A stretch of 64,000 nucleotides of DNA from Vulcanimicrobiota bacterium (GTDB lineage Bacteria; Vulcanimicrobiota; Vulcanimicrobiia; Vulcanimicrobiales; Vulcanimicrobiaceae): NCBI GenBank assembly GCA_963820825.1, contig CAWGBN010000008.1, positions 256,001-320,000 of the forward strand, written 5' to 3'. Position numbers and translations under genes: made by a program. Positions 62,213 through 64,000 of the stretch are shown one piece after another. The notes under the pieces are model-generated. The model was not told the origin of the DNA and made no database searches. It saw nothing but the letters and a program-made list of their open reading frames with translations. Each line of letters starts with the position of its first letter. Position 1 is the first letter of the stretch.

Positions 62213-63539
62213 AATAATCTCCCGGGAGTTCTCGCATGAAGAATCGCGGCGCACGCGGCGCCGCAATTGGCACGAACAAACGCGGCTCGCGCTTGAAGTC
62301 GAAGCAATCGGCGGCCGGCGAAGCCGCCCGCCTGTCGGCCGCCGCCAAGGGGCTCAAACCCCAAAGGTCTTCGGCGAAGCGTAACACGCCCGCAGTCTCG
62401 TACTGTACGTGCGAGACGTAGTCGTGCTTGGCGTAGGGTGAGATCACCAGAAACGGCACGCGAAAGCCCAAGCCGTCGTAATCCTTGAACGGCGGCGGCA
62501 CGTGATCGTAGAGCCCGCCCCAATCGTCCCAGATGATGAAGATCGCCGTCGTCTTCCAGAACTTGCTCTTGCCGATTGTGTTCACTAGCGCCGCAACCCA
62601 CGACGGGCCGAAGCCGCCGCCGCACTGGACGTGATCGGAGTCCTGGCAGACCGGCGTGATCCAGGTAAAGTTCGCCAGCCTCCCCGCGCGTACGTCGGGA
62701 ATGAAGCGCCAGTTCGGAGAGACGACGTTCTTCCAATCGGGCCCATAGCGAATGTGCTTGACCGCCTCGTAGCCCGACCAGCCCGACCCACCGCCACTCG
62801 AATCGCTGCCGTATTTGCTTGCGTAAAAGCGCCACGAAAGTTTCGCAGAATCGAGCTCGTCACCGAGGGTTTCGTAGTCGAAGCACGGGGAAATGGCCGA
62901 ACCCAGCGTCCGCGCCGGCGTGATCGTCGGCACGGAGTTTCCCTTCTTGCCGCCGCAACCCCAACGTAGCGACGGCAGATCGACGCTCGAGGCCGCTTGC
63001 GCCGCGATGACGTATTGATGCGCGACGAAACTCTCGTCGAGCTGCGACTGGAAGGTTCGGTCGGCGACGACCCACTGATGCGCCATGTCGAAGTACGGTT
63101 TCGACTCGCGGTGTGGCGCGTAGACGTATTGCGGATTTCGCGGGCCGAACGCCGACCGTTCGAGGTTGAATCCGTCCATGCGGCAGTCCGTGCCGGGGAG
63201 AGGGCCGCCTCCGTCGCACGCTTCGAACATCGCCTCCGCCGAATGGTCGATATCGTAGCGGTCGGTTAGGCTCGCCGGCTGCAGCGGGATCGTCTCGCCT
63301 CTGGAGTTCTTTCCGCTCGAAACGGTGTCGGCGCCGGGATAGCCTTGGAAGAGATTATCGAAGCTGCGGTTCTCCTGGATGATGAAGACGACGTGCTCGA
63401 TCTTTCCCGCGCCGGTCGCATCGAGCTGCCGCAACGCCGCGCCCTCCTGCATATACGGAATGCCCGGCGCGCCCCCGGCGCATCCCGCCATCGCCAGCGC
63501 GAGCGCGGCGTTACTCGTAATCCGGAACAGAGTAGTCAC
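62193..63539 (-). CDS. Phosphoesterase family lipoprotein
   Basis: GTG start inside the upstream paralogue; lipobox [22 protein letters not shown]; ends PDYE. Confidence 0.92.
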   Translation of the reverse strand: MTTLFRITSNAALALAMAGCAGGAPGIPYMQEGAALRQLDATGAGKIEHVVFIIQENRSFDNLFQGYPGADTVSSGKNSRGETIPLQPASLTDRYDIDHSAEAMFEACDGGGPLPGTDCRMDGFNLERSAFGPRNPQYVYAPHRESKPYFDMAHQWVVADRTFQSQLDESFVAHQYVIAAQAASSVDLPSLRWGCGGKKGNSVPTITPARTLGSAISPCFDYETLGDELDSAKLSWRFYASKYGSDSSGGGSGWSGYEAVKHIRYGPDWKNVVSPNWRFIPDVRAGRLANFTWITPVCQDSDHVQCGGGFGPSWVAALVNTIGKSKFWKTTAIFIIWDDWGGLYDHVPPPFKDYDGLGFRVPFLVISPYAKHDYVSHVQYETAGVLRFAEDLWGLSPLAAADRRAASPAADCFDFKREPRLFVPIAAPRAPRFFMRELPGDYFAPDYE

Positions 63540-64000
63540 CGGGAAGCTTGCGCATGAAGAACCTCGGCGGGTGCGGCGCATCGATCTTAACGAACGGCCG
63601 CGGCCTCTGCGTGAAATCGAAGCAATCTTTGGCCGGCGACGTTGCCCGCCGGTCGGCGGCCGCCATTTGATTCAGTCCCCAGAGGTCCTCGGCGAAGCGC
63701 AGCACGCTCGCCGTCTCGAACTGCTTGTGCGAGACGACGCCGTGTTTTGCGTAGGGCGAGATGACGAGCAGCGGCACGCGAAAGCCCAGGCCATCGCGAT
63801 CGAGATACGGGGGCGCAACGTGATCGTACAGGCCGCCCCAATCGTCCCAGGTGACAAAGATCGCCGTGGAGTTCCAAAACGGACTCTTGCCGACCGTATT
63901 GACCACCGCCGTCACCCACGATGGGCCGTAACCGCCGGCGCAGTTGACGTGGTCGGAATCGTGACAGACGGGCATGATCCAGGTAAAGTTCGCCAGCTCG
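63511..64000 (-). CDS. Phosphoesterase family protein (3' part; extends beyond the window)
   Basis: [33 protein letters not shown]; ends PDYE. Confidence 0.9.
   Translation of the reverse strand, partial: ELANFTWIMPVCHDSDHVNCAGGYGPSWVTAVVNTVGKSPFWNSTAIFVTWDDWGGLYDHVAPPYLDRDGLGFRVPLLVISPYAKHGVVSHKQFETASVLRFAEDLWGLNQMAAADRRATSPAKDCFDFTQRPRPFVKIDAPHPPRFFMRKLPGDYSVPDYE

Overview
High-GC bacterial chromosomal window, densely coding. I recognised no rRNA, tRNA, CRISPR array, transposase or prophage. Gram-positive-type housekeeping synteny (mfd-prsA-mazG...yabO-whiA-gap-pgk-tpiA-gpmI; yggS-sepF-divIVA; lspA-rluD; csaB-ileS) coexists with outer-membrane genes (LptD-like barrel, GT9, O-antigen-ligase-like protein). 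This suggests a diderm Terrabacteria member, probably Ca. Eremiobacterota/Vulcanimicrobiota (inference only). Main points of interest: (1) a ~14 kb surface-glycan operon headed by deoB with two large AftD-like GT-C proteins, plus a nearby MptA/B-like GT-C; (2) seven lipoprotein phosphoesterase (PlcH/AcpA family) paralogues, four in a tandem array whose C-termini and signal peptides share dual-coding junctions; (3) a 29-bp palindromic repeat family sitting in frame inside ileS and two phosphoesterase genes; (4) a minimal flagellar rod/FlgJ/FliA module; (5) a highly structured ~180-nt leader upstream of DUF5693-csaB-ileS; (6) a PrsA duplicate with a precise PPIase-domain deletion; (7) an exported group I truncated haemoglobin. 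Single-base frameshifts in ileS and the LptD-like gene suggest assembly indel errors. All product calls come from motif recognition by eye; no database searches were run.
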